In this document: in pieces, positions 38,695 through 50,828 of the stretch | How the letters are laid out: each line of letters begins with the position of its first letter | Numbering within the stretch: the stretch's first letter is position 1 | Assembly: GCA_041648895.1 (NCBI GenBank) | Contig: JBAZOB010000002.1 | Span: 826-64,825, forward strand | Source of the DNA: Patescibacteria group bacterium | GTDB lineage: Bacteria; Patescibacteriota; JAHJAL01 | Length of the DNA stretch: 64,000 nucleotides | Direction: 5' to 3' | Translations under genes and position numbers: made by a program | The notes under the pieces: model-generated | Databases searched by the model: none | What the model was told of the DNA's origin: nothing | Seen by the model: the letters and a program-made list of their open reading frames with translations, nothing else

Positions 38695-39024
38695 TTACCC
38701 TTGTTGTATTAAGTCAAGTAATTCTTTTTTATATACTAAAGCTTCTTCTGTTACCAACATATCTAGTTTTATTCCATATGAATCTAAATATTCTCTAATC
38801 TCATCATCATTATTCTCGTCTAATAAAGAAAAAAATTCAGCCTCATTTTCTTGGCCCAATTCTTCTACGATTCTAACCATCACCCTGTCTCTTACTGATT
38901 CCATCATTTTCGAAATCATTTCTTCTTTCTTGCCTTCTGGTAAATTTTCCAAACCTGCCAATTCAAACAAATCTCCCTCAATCAAGTTCTTTAAATCCAA
39001 TCCCTTTTTAGTTTTTGGTTCCAT
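38695..39024 (-). CDS. DUF5663-like small acidic helical protein
   Basis: LAGLENLPEGKKEEMISKM.E.V.DRV; ends 3 nt before the next start. Confidence 0.7.
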   Translation of the reverse strand: MEPKTKKGLDLKNLIEGDLFELAGLENLPEGKKEEMISKMMESVRDRVMVRIVEELGQENEAEFFSLLDENNDDEIREYLDSYGIKLDMLVTEEALVYKKELLDLIQQG

Positions 39025-39237
39025 TTTGTCTCTTTTTTATTAAATTATTTTATTTCAACATATTGTATCATTATCTTATTAAAAAAGCAACAATAATTCT
39101 GCCACAAATCAATATATCTGACATTTTGTTGTATATATTAATATTTTAATATATTGCTCTTGGATTGAAACATATTTTCAACCATGCTAACATATAATCT
39201 AATTAGCTCATTTTTTTAAAAATCTGGCCCAAAAAAC

Positions 39238-39516
39238 ATGGCCGAAAAACCTAATTCTAAGTCAGAATCTGTCTTTCAGCCACTTCAGTTAGCTCTCAAC
39301 CTTGGCTACATGATCGCTTTGCCCCTGGTGATATTGGCCTTGGTCGGTCGTTACCTGGATAAAATATACCAGACCAGCCCCATATTCCTTTTGATTGGTC
39401 TCTTTATTGCCTTTGGTATTTCCTGCTACTATGTGTATAGGAAAGTTATAAAGATCTACTCCAATTTAGAAATTACCTCTTCAAAAGATAAGAATAGTGA
39501 TAAAAAAGATAAATAA
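39238..39516 (+). CDS. AtpZ/AtpI-type ATP synthase accessory protein
   Basis: GRYLDK...TSPIF..IG; first gene of the atp operon. Confidence 0.85.
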   Translation: MAEKPNSKSESVFQPLQLALNLGYMIALPLVILALVGRYLDKIYQTSPIFLLIGLFIAFGISCYYVYRKVIKIYSNLEITSSKDKNSDKKDK

Positions 39517-39641
39517 TATCTCCAGATATCCCATTGCCCATGTGTGACATATTCATGTAAAATAAAATAAATAATTATGTTTCCGTATAAACAATTGGTT
39601 TATATCGGAACATAATCGTTTATTTATTCACCTGATTATCA

Positions 39642-40397
39642 ATGGAACCAGTCATCTCACTATCGGCTGAGCCAATTGTGCACCTGGGAAGTCTACCAAT
39701 TACCAATACCTTGATAGTGTCCCTGGTTATTTCCGTTTCGCTGATTATTTTTAGTGTCATTTTTAATTTTTTTATTAAACCGGTCCCATCAGGTATCCAG
39801 AATATAATTGAATCGATATTTGAAGGCGCGCTGGATTTTATTGAATCTGTCTTGCAAGACCGCCAGTTGGCTTATCAATTTTTCCCGGTGGTTTTTACCA
39901 TCTTCCTTTTTGTTATTCTTTCCAACTGGATTGAAATTGTGCCTGGCCTGGGCAGCATTGGCATTTGGGGGGAACATCATGGAGAAACCGTCCTAATTCC
40001 CTTTATCCGTTCATCTTCCGCTGACATGAATGTGACTCTGGCCTTGGCGATCTCGGCCATGCTAGCCGTGCAAATATTTGGCACTGTTAAACTAGGTTTT
40101 AGTGAATACGCGGGCAAATTTCTGGTTAATCCATTCAAACAGCCATATATTATCGGTACTTTTGTGGGTTTACTGGAGATCGTCTCCGAATTTGCCAAGA
40201 TTATTTCTTTTTCCTTTCGTCTTTTTGGCAACATCTTTGCCGGCGAAGTCTTGCTTTTGGTTGTCGGCTTCCTTGTACCCTATATAATCCCTTTACCTTT
40301 TCTTTTTCTGGAAATATTTGTCGGCTTCATTCAGGCGCTGGTTTTTTCCATGCTGACGCTAGTGTTTATTAAAAGCGCGACGACAGCGCATCATTAG
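39642..40397 (+). CDS. atpB: ATP synthase Fo subunit a
   Basis: SFSFRLFGNIFAGE, FIQALVF. Confidence 0.96.
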   Translation: MEPVISLSAEPIVHLGSLPITNTLIVSLVISVSLIIFSVIFNFFIKPVPSGIQNIIESIFEGALDFIESVLQDRQLAYQFFPVVFTIFLFVILSNWIEIVPGLGSIGIWGEHHGETVLIPFIRSSSADMNVTLALAISAMLAVQIFGTVKLGFSEYAGKFLVNPFKQPYIIGTFVGLLEIVSEFAKIISFSFRLFGNIFAGEVLLLVVGFLVPYIIPLPFLFLEIFVGFIQALVFSMLTLVFIKSATTAHH

Positions 40398-40407
40398 TCA
40401 TTAGTAA

Positions 40408-40662
<255 letters not shown>

Positions 40663-40743
40663 ATGATAATCTGGTTCTTAGGGTTTGAAAGTTCATAAAA
40701 TTTTTATGAACTTCACAAACTTTATCAACTTTCACTTCAAGCC

Positions 40744-41247
40744 ATGGATTTAATCACTAAATTAGGTATAGACTGGCGTCTTTTGACCGCCCAAATATTA
40801 AATTTTACTGTCTTATTGGTCATTCTAAATTATTTTCTATATAAACCTATTCTAAAAACTTTGCGCGAACGCGAACAAAAAGTTAAAAAAAGTATCGAAG
40901 ATAGCCATAAAATTGAAGAGGAGTTGCTCAAAGTAGCTAAAGAACGAGAAGAAAAACTTAAAACCGCCAAAGTCGAAGCCTCTCATATTATCAAAGAATC
41001 TCAAACTACGGGCGCCGAAGCCAGGGAAAAAATTATCCAGGTGGCCAAAGCCGAAGCCGAACAAATCATCGCCAAAGCCGCCCTTGAATCCAATCAAGCG
41101 GCTGCCGAAATTAAAAATGAAGTCCTGGCTGAACTGGTTGATATTGTCATTTCTGTCACGGAAAAGGTTCTAGATCAAAAAATTACTAACGAAGAAGATA
41201 AAAAACTGATTAGTAAGTCAATCAAATCTATTATCAAAAATAAGTGA
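40744..41247 (+). CDS. atpF: ATP synthase Fo subunit b
   Basis: LGIDW...QILNF...LYKPIL plus coiled coil. Confidence 0.93.
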   Translation: MDLITKLGIDWRLLTAQILNFTVLLVILNYFLYKPILKTLREREQKVKKSIEDSHKIEEELLKVAKEREEKLKTAKVEASHIIKESQTTGAEAREKIIQVAKAEAEQIIAKAALESNQAAAEIKNEVLAELVDIVISVTEKVLDQKITNEEDKKLISKSIKSIIKNK

Positions 41248-41699
41248 AAATCTCTCCCCAACAATACGCTGCGGCTCTAACTGAATCAATTACCGGGTTG
41301 ACTCCCAGAAAGAGTCAGTCAGTCATGGCTAAATTTGGGCAAATTATTAAGAAACATGGCGACCAATCATTGTCAAAACAAATTATGGCCGAATTTACTG
41401 AAATTATTGATCAACAAAATAAGTCAGGTGAAATCAAAATAATTACCCAAGTGCCTCTCGGTGGCCTAGATGAATTGTCTCAGAAATTGTCTCTCCAAAC
41501 TGGCCGAGAATATCGCCTAATTAATTCTTTGCAAGACGACTTAATTGGCGGCGCTATCATGGTTATTGATAACTTAAAAATTGACTTATCCATTAAAAGC
41601 CGATTGCATAAAGCCAAACAACTTAAGCCAGCTAGGACCCATATTTTGCCCGAATATATTGAGGAAATAATTAAAATCATTCAAAAGAATATTGCCTGA
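41244..41699 (+). CDS. atpH: ATP synthase F1 subunit delta
   Basis: YAAAL, LIGG...IDLSI; operon position. Confidence 0.8.
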   Translation: MKISPQQYAAALTESITGLTPRKSQSVMAKFGQIIKKHGDQSLSKQIMAEFTEIIDQQNKSGEIKIITQVPLGGLDELSQKLSLQTGREYRLINSLQDDLIGGAIMVIDNLKIDLSIKSRLHKAKQLKPARTHILPEYIEEIIKIIQKNIA

Positions 41700-41769
41700 T
41701 AACTATTTATTAGTCACCAGCGTTAATAATTAGTCATTAGTCATTAGTCATTAGTAATTATTATTCATC

Positions 41770-43293
41770 ATGACCACAAAATTCGACAAAAACACGATTA
41801 TTTCCCAGTTAAAAAAAGAATTATCCAAAATTGATAATGAACCAGCCATCGAAAAAGTTGGCCGGATTATTCAAATTGGTGACGGTATTGCTTTAATTGA
41901 TGGGCTAAACGACGTGATGTCGCAGGAAATTGTCCAATTTTCCAACGGCGAATTCGGTGTCGCGCTCAATCTTAACGAAGACACTGTTGGCGCCATTATT
42001 ATGGGTGAATATGAAAACATCAAAGAAGGTGATGAAGTTAAAAGCACCGGCCGAATTTTATCAGTACCGGTGGATAATAGTCTGATTGGCAGGGTAGTCA
42101 ATCCTTTAGGACAAGTACTGGATGGCAAAAGCGAAATTAAAACTGATACTTATTATCCAATTGAAAAAATCGCCCCCGGTGTTATTACCCGGCAAGAAGT
42201 TAAAGAGCCGGTGCAAACCGGTATCGTGGCTATTGACGGCATTATTCCGATTGGTCGTGGCCAACGCGAGTTAATCATTGGCGATCGCCAAACCGGTAAA
42301 ACTGCTCTGGCCATTGATACCATCATCAATCAAAAAGGCCAAGATATGATCTGTATCTATGTGGCTATCGGCCAGAAAAAATCAAAAATCGCTCAAATTA
42401 TTGATAAATTAAATCAACATGGCGCCATGGATTACACCATTGTTGTTTTGGGTGGCGCTTCCGACTCGGCCGCTTTGAACTACATCGCTCCCTATACCGG
42501 CTGCGCGATTGGTGAATATTTCATGGATCGAGGCAAAGATGTACTCGTAGTCTATGATGACCTATCTAAACATGCCGTTGCTTACCGTCAAATCTCTCTA
42601 CTGCTACGTCGTCCGCCCGGTCGTGAAGCCTATCCGGGTGACGTTTTTTATCTGCACTCTCGTTTGTTAGAAAGAGCTGCCAAATTGGATAAAAATTTTG
42701 GCGGTGGTTCACTCACGGCCTTACCAATCATTGAGACCCAAGCCGGCGATATCTCGGCCTATATCCCCACCAACGTAATCTCCATTACCGACGGTCAAAT
42801 ATTCCTGGAATCAGATCTTTTTTATAAAGGGGTACGGCCAGCTTTAAATATTGGCCTTTCCGTCTCCCGAGTTGGTTCCGCCGCTCAGATTAAAGCCATG
42901 AAAAAAGTAGCCGGCAAACTCAAATTATCTCTAGCCCAATTCCGTGAGTTGGAAGCTTTTGCCCAATTTGGTTCTGATCTGGATGAGGATACTAAAAAAG
43001 CCATTGAACTTGGGCGTCGCATAACCGAAATTCTAAAACAACCCCAATATTCCCCCCTGCCGGTTGGTAAACAAATTGCTATCCTCTACGCCGCCAACAA
43101 CGGTTATCTCGACGATATTGCGGTGTCCAATATTAAACGATTTCAAAATGAGTTCAATGACTACCTCGAAAGTGAGCCGTCACAAGTAGTGAAAGCTATC
43201 ATGGAGAAAAAGGAATTAGATGAAAAGATAGAAAATAATCTCAAAGAAGCGATAGAAGCTTTTAAATCCAGTATTGACTATATTGAAAGTTAA
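41770..43293 (+). CDS. atpA: ATP synthase F1 subunit alpha
   Basis: [32 protein letters not shown]. Confidence 0.98.
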   Translation: MTTKFDKNTIISQLKKELSKIDNEPAIEKVGRIIQIGDGIALIDGLNDVMSQEIVQFSNGEFGVALNLNEDTVGAIIMGEYENIKEGDEVKSTGRILSVPVDNSLIGRVVNPLGQVLDGKSEIKTDTYYPIEKIAPGVITRQEVKEPVQTGIVAIDGIIPIGRGQRELIIGDRQTGKTALAIDTIINQKGQDMICIYVAIGQKKSKIAQIIDKLNQHGAMDYTIVVLGGASDSAALNYIAPYTGCAIGEYFMDRGKDVLVVYDDLSKHAVAYRQISLLLRRPPGREAYPGDVFYLHSRLLERAAKLDKNFGGGSLTALPIIETQAGDISAYIPTNVISITDGQIFLESDLFYKGVRPALNIGLSVSRVGSAAQIKAMKKVAGKLKLSLAQFRELEAFAQFGSDLDEDTKKAIELGRRITEILKQPQYSPLPVGKQIAILYAANNGYLDDIAVSNIKRFQNEFNDYLESEPSQVVKAIMEKKELDEKIENNLKEAIEAFKSSIDYIES

Positions 43294-43384
43294 TTTCCTT
43301 CATTGAAAATTAGAAATTAGAAATTGAAAATTCATCAACTAGGGCAACATATCGGTAACGTATTCATAAACATATAATTGTCCC

Positions 43385-44305
43385 ATGTCCAACACGCGCG
43401 AAATAAAACGTCGAATAAAATCGATCCAAAGTACGCAAAAAATCACCAAAGCCATGGAAATGGTAGCGGCGGCTAAAATGCGTAAAGCCGTTGATCAAGT
43501 TTTAATCTCTCGGCACTATTCCAATATCGCCTGGGAAATTATCCAAAAAATCGCCACTAGTGAGGTGCAGCACAAGCACCCATTATTGCGAGAAATCAAA
43601 AACGTTAAAAAAGTAGCTATCCTAACCATTGCCTCTAATCGAGGTTTATGTGGAGGCTTCAATAGTAATCTTTTCAAAACTGCTCTTGCCGCCTGTCAAA
43701 AACTTTCCGCCAATCAAATCGAATTCGAATTTATCACTTTTGGTAAACAAATCGCCGCCGAAATCAGGAAAAAGAATTTAAATATTGTCGCCGATTTTGC
43801 CAAACCGGATTTATTGCAAAACATTACCACCGTTTCACCCATCGCGCACATTTTATTGGATGGTTTTATCTCCAAAAAATATCAGCAAGTTTTGTTGGTC
43901 TACACTGACTTCCAATCATCTCTCAAACAAACTCCAGTCGTTAAACAATTATTACCTTTAAAAACTACTGCCGATCAAGATCTGGGCGTGGTTGGACCAC
44001 AATCTACTAAAAAATCATATTCCCAGACCCCCGCCGATACTCATGAAATTATTGAATATAAATTTGAACCATCACCCGCCCACGTTCTCGATGAAATCTT
44101 GCCGCGTATCCTCGAAATACAAGTTTATCAAGCCGTGTTAGAATCAGATGCTTCCGAACACTCCGCCCGCATGATGGCCATGAAAAACGCTCACACTGCC
44201 GCCACTGACGTGATTGATTCATTAACTCTAGCCTACAATCAAGCTCGCCAGGCCGCCATCACGCAAGAAATTGCCGAAATCGTGGCTGGCGCGAACGCGA
44301 TTTAA
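43385..44305 (+). CDS. atpG: ATP synthase F1 subunit gamma
   Basis: ITKAMEMVAAAK, RGLCGGFN, RQAAITQEIAEI. Confidence 0.97.
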   Translation: MSNTREIKRRIKSIQSTQKITKAMEMVAAAKMRKAVDQVLISRHYSNIAWEIIQKIATSEVQHKHPLLREIKNVKKVAILTIASNRGLCGGFNSNLFKTALAACQKLSANQIEFEFITFGKQIAAEIRKKNLNIVADFAKPDLLQNITTVSPIAHILLDGFISKKYQQVLLVYTDFQSSLKQTPVVKQLLPLKTTADQDLGVVGPQSTKKSYSQTPADTHEIIEYKFEPSPAHVLDEILPRILEIQVYQAVLESDASEHSARMMAMKNAHTAATDVIDSLTLAYNQARQAAITQEIAEIVAGANAI

Positions 44306-44327
44306 TTCTTCATTTTTCATTAATTAA

Positions 44328-45716
<1,389 letters not shown>

Positions 45717-45765
45717 TTGTTTAAGTTATATAAAATGAATTATTCATTCCACCTAGTTTATTAAT

Positions 45766-46188
45766 ATGACCAAAATTAATTTCCAAATTATTACTCCCGA
45801 ACGCACCCTCTTTTCCGAGGAGGTAGACGCCGTGACCTTAAAAACCACTGAAGGCGAAATTACTGTTTTACCCGGGCATATCCCAATTATTACTACCTTA
45901 GCACCAGGAGAATTACGCTTTATAAAAGATAATGAAGAAGTACCCATGGTAGTACTGGGCGGTTTTGCTGAAATTACCAAGACATCAGTTATTGTCCTGG
46001 CTGACGCGGCCGAGAAAGTGGAAGAAATTATCGAAGAACGTGCCTTGGCAGCCAAAAAACAAGCCGAAGAACTCAAGCAAAAGAAAATTGGCGACCAGAC
46101 TGAATTTACCGCTCTTTCCGCTCAGATCGAAAGGGAGTTAGCCAGACTTAAGGTAGCGGAGAAATATAAGAAAAGGAGAAAAATATGA
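45766..46188 (+). CDS. atpC: ATP synthase F1 subunit epsilon
   Basis: IITPER, GEITVLPGHIP, GGFAEI. Confidence 0.95.
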   Translation: MTKINFQIITPERTLFSEEVDAVTLKTTEGEITVLPGHIPIITTLAPGELRFIKDNEEVPMVVLGGFAEITKTSVIVLADAAEKVEEIIEERALAAKKQAEELKQKKIGDQTEFTALSAQIERELARLKVAEKYKKRRKI

Positions 46189-46616
46189 AAACCTATCAAT
46201 TTGAAGACTTTCACGAAGTCGAGGCGGCTGTCGTCTTCTGCGTTGACCCTCGATTTTGGCGCCAAACCATTCAATTCGTTGATGAGGAGCTGGGCATAAA
46301 AAAATTTGATCCCTACACCTATCCTGGTGGACCCTTATGCTTGGCTCGTCCCGAAAGCATGCAACTTTATCTTGATAATATCAAAGCTGCTTCTTTAGAA
46401 CTTCACCACGCTAAAAAAATCATCTTGATCAGTCACGATAAATGCGGCGGCTACCGTCTGATTGAAGGCGTGGAAGGTGAAGAAGCCACCTCTCGTCAAA
46501 AGACTCATCTCGACAGCATCAAAGCTAAATTTATGGAACAATTTCCCGATATCGCAGTCGAAGCCTATTTGCTTAAAATTGTCTCGGATAACGAGATTGC
46601 TTTCGAAAAAATGTAG
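46185..46616 (+). CDS. Beta-carbonic-anhydrase-like protein
   Basis: CVDPR and HDKCGGY zinc-ligand pattern; ATGA overlap with atpC. Confidence 0.75.
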   Translation: MKTYQFEDFHEVEAAVVFCVDPRFWRQTIQFVDEELGIKKFDPYTYPGGPLCLARPESMQLYLDNIKAASLELHHAKKIILISHDKCGGYRLIEGVEGEEATSRQKTHLDSIKAKFMEQFPDIAVEAYLLKIVSDNEIAFEKM

Positions 46617-46649
46617 ATTATCGGTCAAAACTATTGGCTTGTCAGCCTT

Positions 46650-46673
46650 TCATCCCCGCCAGCCAGCGGGGAT
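46650..46673 (+). repeat. Degenerate TGTC-REP at the end of the atp operon
   Basis: TCATCCCCGC-CAGCCA-GCGGGGAT. Confidence 0.7.
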
Positions 46674-46759
46674 ATTATATTTGACAATAACGGATATTCG
46701 ATATTATTGTATTAGATAAACATGGTTAACATTATGAAAACACCTATAAACTGAATATT

Positions 46760-47266
46760 ATGAAATTATCTCGCCACTTTGATTCTTCACCCGCCAATAT
46801 CCATCATTGGAAAGAACTGATCAAAATCAATCACCAGGAAAAAAAGCATCCAGAAAATGAAACGGAGCATGAGCCATTTGATCTTGATTATCATGAATAT
46901 CGATTCGTCAAACCGGAAAGCCGACGTTCAAACTGTCCTGATTTAAAAAAATCCGCCAAAGAAGAAATGCTATCAATTACCAAACAATATTTTCAAAAGA
47001 TTGTTTGCAAAAATATTATTAATGGTTTCAAACGAAATCGTCCCTGTGCCCCAAATCATCTAAAATTATTTCTGCGTTCGCCCGAAGATAAAAAATATTT
47101 CAAAAAAATATTGATGGAAGAATTTATATCAGCCATCAAAAAAGGCCATGATATCTCCCATTTCCACACCGTCTTTATTGCTCTCTCCAGTGACGATTCG
47201 GTGTTTAAACTACTGAAGAAAATCATCGACACCAAGAACAAATTCGAGGACAAACAGAATCCATAA
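46760..47266 (+). CDS. Hypothetical protein
   Basis: 168-aa ORF; TTGACA-type promoter upstream at 46681. Confidence 0.55.
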   Translation: MKLSRHFDSSPANIHHWKELIKINHQEKKHPENETEHEPFDLDYHEYRFVKPESRRSNCPDLKKSAKEEMLSITKQYFQKIVCKNIINGFKRNRPCAPNHLKLFLRSPEDKKYFKKILMEEFISAIKKGHDISHFHTVFIALSSDDSVFKLLKKIIDTKNKFEDKQNP

Positions 47267-47323
47267 TCATTATCATACTAATCAGATTTAGCGTTATTTT
47301 TTTATTTATTAACATATTAGACT

Positions 47324-48274
47324 ATGTCATTATCATTGCTTGAACAAAAAGAATTAGCTCCAGAAAATGGTTTGGACAATTTATCTAAAGAAAATTTTTA
47401 TTTTGAAAAAAATACTAAACCCGTTGACATTGCCCTAATCAGTTTTCTAGACCACAATCACCAAATGAATCCCGAGGAAGTATTGCGCAACGTCAGAATT
47501 AACTGCAAAAACATCAAAAATCTATCCCCATCAGATAACCGTAAAATTGATGGCTACTTTTTACCTAGTGACCCAACATTATATCAATCAACAAATCATG
47601 AATTCGTCGATTTTATAACTCAAAGCATCGCCGATGCATCGATTGACGCCCATCAAGCCGAAAATTTTATTTTCTATGATCAAGAAGGGTGCAAAGTACG
47701 AGAATACTTTTATCAAGAATTAGAAAAGAAAATTGATCGAAAAAATAAATTTAGAAAAAGCACGGCCATATATCATTTCGCCAGAGTAGGTAATAATTTA
47801 TCTGTTGACGCGAAGGTTTCTCAACCCGATGGTATTATTTTTGTCTGCATTGACCCCAACTTAATTGAACAATCATTGACCAAAATTGTTAAAAGTTATG
47901 GTTTTAAAAAATATCAAGTAGTTGGCTTGCCTGGTAGCGCTTATAGTATGGTCAGGCCCGAAACTAAGGAAATTTTAACAGATTATATAAAAAATTATCC
48001 TTTGGCCAGAGCCGTTTTTTGTTCACATGGGCCCTCTCCCGACCAGAAACAAGATGAGCCATGCTATAACTGTGGCGGTTATCAGCTCTTTGAACATATA
48101 ACTGGTATTGAAGCCTATCAACAAGCCAAGCGAGATTTGCAACAAGTCAAAAGCGAATTAAAGAAAAACAATATAACTAAAGTGGACACCGTCATCAACA
48201 TGGCGCAATATATGGGCCAAGGTAGCGCGGCAGATTCAAAACTCTATAAGGCAACGTTCGAAATTGTGGCTTAA
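47324..48274 (+). CDS. Protein with two divergent carbonic-anhydrase-like domains
   Basis: C-half CIDP...LPG...SH(13 aa)CGGY; N-half aligns by eye with 46185-46616. Confidence 0.6.
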   Translation: MSLSLLEQKELAPENGLDNLSKENFYFEKNTKPVDIALISFLDHNHQMNPEEVLRNVRINCKNIKNLSPSDNRKIDGYFLPSDPTLYQSTNHEFVDFITQSIADASIDAHQAENFIFYDQEGCKVREYFYQELEKKIDRKNKFRKSTAIYHFARVGNNLSVDAKVSQPDGIIFVCIDPNLIEQSLTKIVKSYGFKKYQVVGLPGSAYSMVRPETKEILTDYIKNYPLARAVFCSHGPSPDQKQDEPCYNCGGYQLFEHITGIEAYQQAKRDLQQVKSELKKNNITKVDTVINMAQYMGQGSAADSKLYKATFEIVA

Positions 48275-48287
48275 GCCCAAAATCTTG

Positions 48288-48740
48288 TCAATCAGTGAAA
48301 TCCCAGTGTAAAACTTTGACAATTTTCCGTCGGCCGCCATAGTCCCAGCCATGACGCACCACTTTTTTCAATTTCCAATTATTACTAATCGCTTTCTTGT
48401 CGCCGACATAGAATCCAATATGTGGATGCTTGTATCCAATTTGTTTACGTTCCCAAACCAAGACATCGCCTGCCTGGATATCCACCAAATCAACCTCATG
48501 CCAGCCATATTTAAGCATAGCCTCAATGGCCGCCTTCACGGTGGCTTTTTGTTCATCAATCAAATTATGCAATTTCAACACCCCCGTCACAAAGACCGCG
48601 CAGCTTAATTCGCCCCTATTTAAAATCTCTTTCTCTTGCTGATTATCATTCACCCATAACTCGCGGAACATCTCTGACCCGACCGCGTTGTTGATCATGG
48701 ATAAATAATTTTTTTTCTTATTTATATTTAAATTGTTCAT
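48288..48740 (-). CDS. NlpC/P60-like (papain-fold) protein
   Basis: SCAVFV...GDVLVW...HIGFYVG...ISN. Confidence 0.7.
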   Translation of the reverse strand: MNNLNINKKKNYLSMINNAVGSEMFRELWVNDNQQEKEILNRGELSCAVFVTGVLKLHNLIDEQKATVKAAIEAMLKYGWHEVDLVDIQAGDVLVWERKQIGYKHPHIGFYVGDKKAISNNWKLKKVVRHGWDYGGRRKIVKVLHWDFTD

Positions 48741-48869
48741 AATCTAAATCTTATCATTTCTCATTCCTAATTTCTAATTCCTGATTTTATTTATCAATAA
48801 ATTGCATCCGCGACAAAAATTAACTAAAATAAATTATGTAACGTTTTCCATCCGTGAAGAAAGAAAAAC

Positions 48870-49796
48870 ATGATGATTAAAATAAAAAATTTAAGCAAAA
48901 ACTACGGTATTACCAAAGCCTTGGACGGTATTAGTTTTGAAGTCAATCAAGGTGAAATAGTTGGTTTACTTGGTCCAAATGGTGCCGGGAAAACCACCGC
49001 CATGCGTATTATCACCGGATTCTTGCCACCTACTAGTGGTCAAGTAGAAATTGATAATATCAATGTTGTTGAGCATCCCGAGAAAGTGCAAAGCCAAATC
49101 GGCTATTTACCCGAAACCGCCGCTCTCTATCATGATTTGTCCGTGCGTGAACATCTGGAATACGCCGCCGCCATTCATGGTCTGGTGGGTGACGAGCAAA
49201 AGCAAGCCATCAAAAATATCGCCCAGGCCTGCGGCATTGCTGATAAACTATATTTTGACGTCTCCGAATTATCCAAAGGTTACAAACAACGGGTCGCTTT
49301 AGCCCAGGCTCTCATCCATAATCCTAAAATTCTTATTCTCGATGAACCATCCACTGGACTCGATCCTAACCAAATAATTGAAATACGCGATCTGATCAAA
49401 AAACTTAGCGAAGAAAAAACCATCATCCTCTCCACTCACATCATGCAGGAAGTGGAAGCCCTTTGCAGCCGAGTGGTATTAATAAACAAAGGGAAAATCG
49501 TTGCCGACGGCTCGGTCGCCGAATTAAAACATGGCCAAAACGCCGTTCATCAAATCAACGTGACTATCAAAGGCAATCAAGAAGAAATCTGGCATCATCT
49601 CAAAAATATCGCCGGCATCACCAGCGCGCAACAAATCAAGCACCCCGACAAAGGTGTCGGTGTCTACACCATTAACGCCGATCAAGATATCCGCTCCGAC
49701 ATCAATAAAACCATGATCAAGGCCGGCTATGACATCCTCGAAATCGCCGCCAAAGAAAATACCATGGAAGATGTTTTTCATGAATTAACCAAATAG
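48870..49796 (+). CDS. ABC transporter ATP-binding protein (GldA-like)
   Basis: GPNGAGKTT, LSKGYKQR, LDEPSTGLDPNQI. Confidence 0.93.
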   Translation: MMIKIKNLSKNYGITKALDGISFEVNQGEIVGLLGPNGAGKTTAMRIITGFLPPTSGQVEIDNINVVEHPEKVQSQIGYLPETAALYHDLSVREHLEYAAAIHGLVGDEQKQAIKNIAQACGIADKLYFDVSELSKGYKQRVALAQALIHNPKILILDEPSTGLDPNQIIEIRDLIKKLSEEKTIILSTHIMQEVEALCSRVVLINKGKIVADGSVAELKHGQNAVHQINVTIKGNQEEIWHHLKNIAGITSAQQIKHPDKGVGVYTINADQDIRSDINKTMIKAGYDILEIAAKENTMEDVFHELTK

Positions 49797-49803
49797 AAGA
49801 TTA

Positions 49804-49885
49804 TGTGAGCAGTGAACAGTGAACAGTGAACAGTAAAAAACTGAATTACTTGTTATTTACTCACTGCTCACTGCTCACTGTTCAC
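49804..49885. repeat. Inverted pair of heptamer arrays (CAGTGAR / YTCACTG)
   Basis: gagcagtgaacagtgaacagtgaacagt ... actcactgctcactgctcactgttcac. Confidence 0.85.
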
Positions 49886-49905
49886 TTCTAACTTATCATT
49901 ATCAT

Positions 49906-50628
49906 ATGCCATCCAAATTAACTCAACTAAAAGCCATTATCCAAAAAGAGCTGCGAGTTTATTTCAACTCACCCATTGCCTATATCTTTTTAGTCGCCTT
50001 TTTGGGTTTTACTTTCTGGTTGTTTTTCCGTAATTTCTTCTTGGTTGGTCAGGCCGATGTGCAATACATGTTCGATGTTTTACCTTGGATCTACTTATTG
50101 CTTATCCCCGCCATGACCATGCGCCTCTGGGCGGAAGAAAAACGCGGTGGCACAATTGAAAATCTCTTAACTTCTTCCGCTCCCTTGTCCATCTCCGTTT
50201 TGGCCAAATTTATTGCCAGTTTAATTTTCTTGCTAATTACCCTGGCAGCCACTTTACCCCTGCCGCTTATTGTTTCTTCTTTAGGCCCGCTGGATTGGGG
50301 GGCCACCTTGGCTGCTTATCTGGGAGCGATTTTACTCGGCAGTAGCTATATAGCTCTGGGATTATTATTGAGCTCGATTACCAATAACCAAATCGTCGCC
50401 TACATTATCTCCTCTCTGGCTTGTTTCGCTTTATTTATCATTGCCCAACCGCTCGTGACTATTTCTTTGCCGGCCTTCATTATTCCAGTCGTCGACTTTA
50501 TTAGTTTCGGCTCCCACTATGATTCCATTGTCCGCGGCGTTGTCGACACCCGAGATTTAATATATTACCTTTCTTTTATTGGGTTAATGTTATATTTAAA
50601 TGCTTATGTTTTATTCGCAAAAAAATAA
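49906..50628 (+). CDS. ABC-2 permease (GldF-like)
   Basis: FNSPIAY, TMRLWAEEKRGGTIE, RGVVDTRD. Confidence 0.9.
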   Translation: MPSKLTQLKAIIQKELRVYFNSPIAYIFLVAFLGFTFWLFFRNFFLVGQADVQYMFDVLPWIYLLLIPAMTMRLWAEEKRGGTIENLLTSSAPLSISVLAKFIASLIFLLITLAATLPLPLIVSSLGPLDWGATLAAYLGAILLGSSYIALGLLLSSITNNQIVAYIISSLACFALFIIAQPLVTISLPAFIIPVVDFISFGSHYDSIVRGVVDTRDLIYYLSFIGLMLYLNAYVLFAKK

Positions 50629-50636
50629 AAATTAAT

Positions 50637-50794
50637 GAGTTGTGCTAATTAGTCGTTCCCCTGTCATCCCCGACCGGAAGCGGAGCGTTCCGGTTATCGG
50701 GGATCTCATCAATAAGGCGTTTAACAAAACTTAATGATGAGATCCCCGCTCAAGGCGGGGATGACATGAGAGAGATGGTTAATTCACGCCACTC
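50637..50794. mobile_element. 158-bp MITE-like element with REP doublet, copy 2
   Basis: Near-identical to 16969-17126; right end TAATTCACGCCACTC matches the end type of 15503-15670. Confidence 0.88.
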
Positions 50795-50828
50795 ATTAAT
50801 TCTTAATTTCTAATTCCTAATTAAATTA

